Below are positions 62,850 through 64,000 of a stretch of 64,000 bases of DNA, piece after piece. The notes beneath the pieces are model-generated. The model was not told the DNA's origin, searched no databases, and saw only the letters and a list, made by a program, of their open reading frames with translations. Positions within the stretch are counted from its first letter, which is position 1. Every line of letters begins with the position of its first letter. Both the position numbers and the translations under genes were made by a program. The stretch is from Mytilus californianus. Lineage: Eukaryota. Location of the stretch: the NCBI RefSeq assembly GCF_021869535.1, contig NW_026262734.1, positions 87,048,001-87,112,000 of the forward strand, in the 5' to 3' direction.

Positions 62850-63570
62850 TTCCGACGTTGGAAAGTTCCGGGCGGAAAGAATTATCTAGCCGAAACGTTC
62901 CGGAGTAACTTATTAACTAGTTACTTTGTTCTTCCACTGGTTTAAAAGTTCCACCGGAACAAAGTGACTAGTTGAAAAGTTCCAACGGAACATATCAACT
63001 AGTTAGAAAGTTCCTTTTTGCCAAATTAGTCAAAACCGGAACTTATCAACTAGCCACAAAGTTCCTCTTTGGCAAATAAGTCTAAACCGGAACTAACAAA
63101 CTAGCCCAAAAGTTCAAACGGAACTTATCAACCAGTCACAAAGTTCCATTTGGAGAATTGATACAAAGAACCACATGAGGACGGGGGTATTCTTCCCTCT
63201 CTTGAGGGTACTATGAATACTAAATTTGCATGATAATGCAACTTATTCCGTTTTATGTGAGCTATGAAATACAACTTAAATTTTGCATATTTGTCACCAA
63301 AGAAACCCCTTTCAGTGCGTTGGGTATTCTTGTAAATTAATGATTTGCTCTTATATATACTGATACTCATTCTTCCCCCTCTTTCTACAAAAAGGACGAA
63401 ATATGGTATATTCGGAACGATGTAACTAGTTGTTCTGTTCCGCCAGAACATTTCAACTAGCTACATTGTTCCGGGACTTTTCAACTAGCTACTTTTTTCC
63501 GGAACTTTTCGACTGCACTCGGAATAAAACAACTAGTTGAAAAGTTCCGCCGGAACAAAGTAACTGACAG
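62850..63570. repeat. Modular array of palindromic motifs (AAAGTTCC-spacer-GGAAC...ACTAG), foldback-like
   Basis: About 6 units at 62940-63150, inverted units at 63415-63510, and a further direct unit at 63530-63565. Confidence 0.65.
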
Positions 63571-63659
63571 AACATAGTGGCTGTTACACATACAGCAGCA
63601 GAATATCTATGAAATCTGTATGAAATAATATGTATGCCTGTTAACGTAGTTTCAAATGA

Positions 63660-63720
63660 CTGACACATTAACACATTGACACATCGACACATAGACACAT
63701 GGACACATAAACACATCGAC
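63660..63720. repeat. 8-bp tandem repeat (GACACATN)n
   Basis: tgacacat taacacat tgacacat cgacacat agacacat ggacacat aaacacat. Confidence 0.85.
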
Positions 63721-64000
63721 ATTAATTAATTGTATAAAACAATATTTCAGAAAGTTGGAGAACTATTTTTTCTGTATAACCCATGACTCTTTTTGCGTTT
63801 TTCAGTGAACAATTTTTAAGTTTTCTCATTTAGGTTAGTATCTCAGTTACAATGAGTAATTAATCAACTATAATTGGTTTTGAGAATTGTACTAGTTTTG
63901 TTTTACAACTTTTATGTGATGTATTTACTGGTATCAAAATGCAATCCTTGGAAATAATGTAAAGTAGATATTATTGGAATGTGTCAAGGTAGCGTTTTTT

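Noticed and set aside
62940-63150. Repeat-spacer look resembling a CRISPR array
   Set aside because: Repeats are degenerate, spacers are related to each other and only 3 or 23 nt, no cas genes, eukaryotic context.

Overview
AT-rich eukaryotic genomic DNA, most likely a bivalve mollusc (the interspersed repeats match what I recall from Mytilus; this is inference). The main feature is one complete 23-coding-exon gene on the + strand (22611-51393, 3441 nt CDS, 1146 aa), reconstructed by hand with GT-AG junctions and compatible phases throughout. It encodes a type I membrane protein of the alpha-2-delta/CACHD1 family: signal peptide, VWA, Cache domains, Cys-rich stalk, TM helix and tail. Upstream on the - strand is an unannotated two-exon gene for a small secreted, acidic, 14-Cys peptide (7225-5465) whose splice acceptor looks broken by one base. 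At 59283-62370 is a back-to-back cluster of Penelope-like retroelement (PLE) pieces whose RT stops with no C-terminal GIY-YIG nuclease and whose terminal repeat holds an atypical hammerhead-like motif. The remainder is intron/intergenic DNA rich in repeats: minimal hammerhead ribozyme repeats, a tRNA-derived SINE, MITEs, a Helentron-like element, a MULE fossil and minisatellites. Almost all ORFs in the supplied track are spurious or repeat-derived. No rRNA, true tRNA or CRISPR array was found. All coordinates were read by eye; repeat boundaries are approximate.
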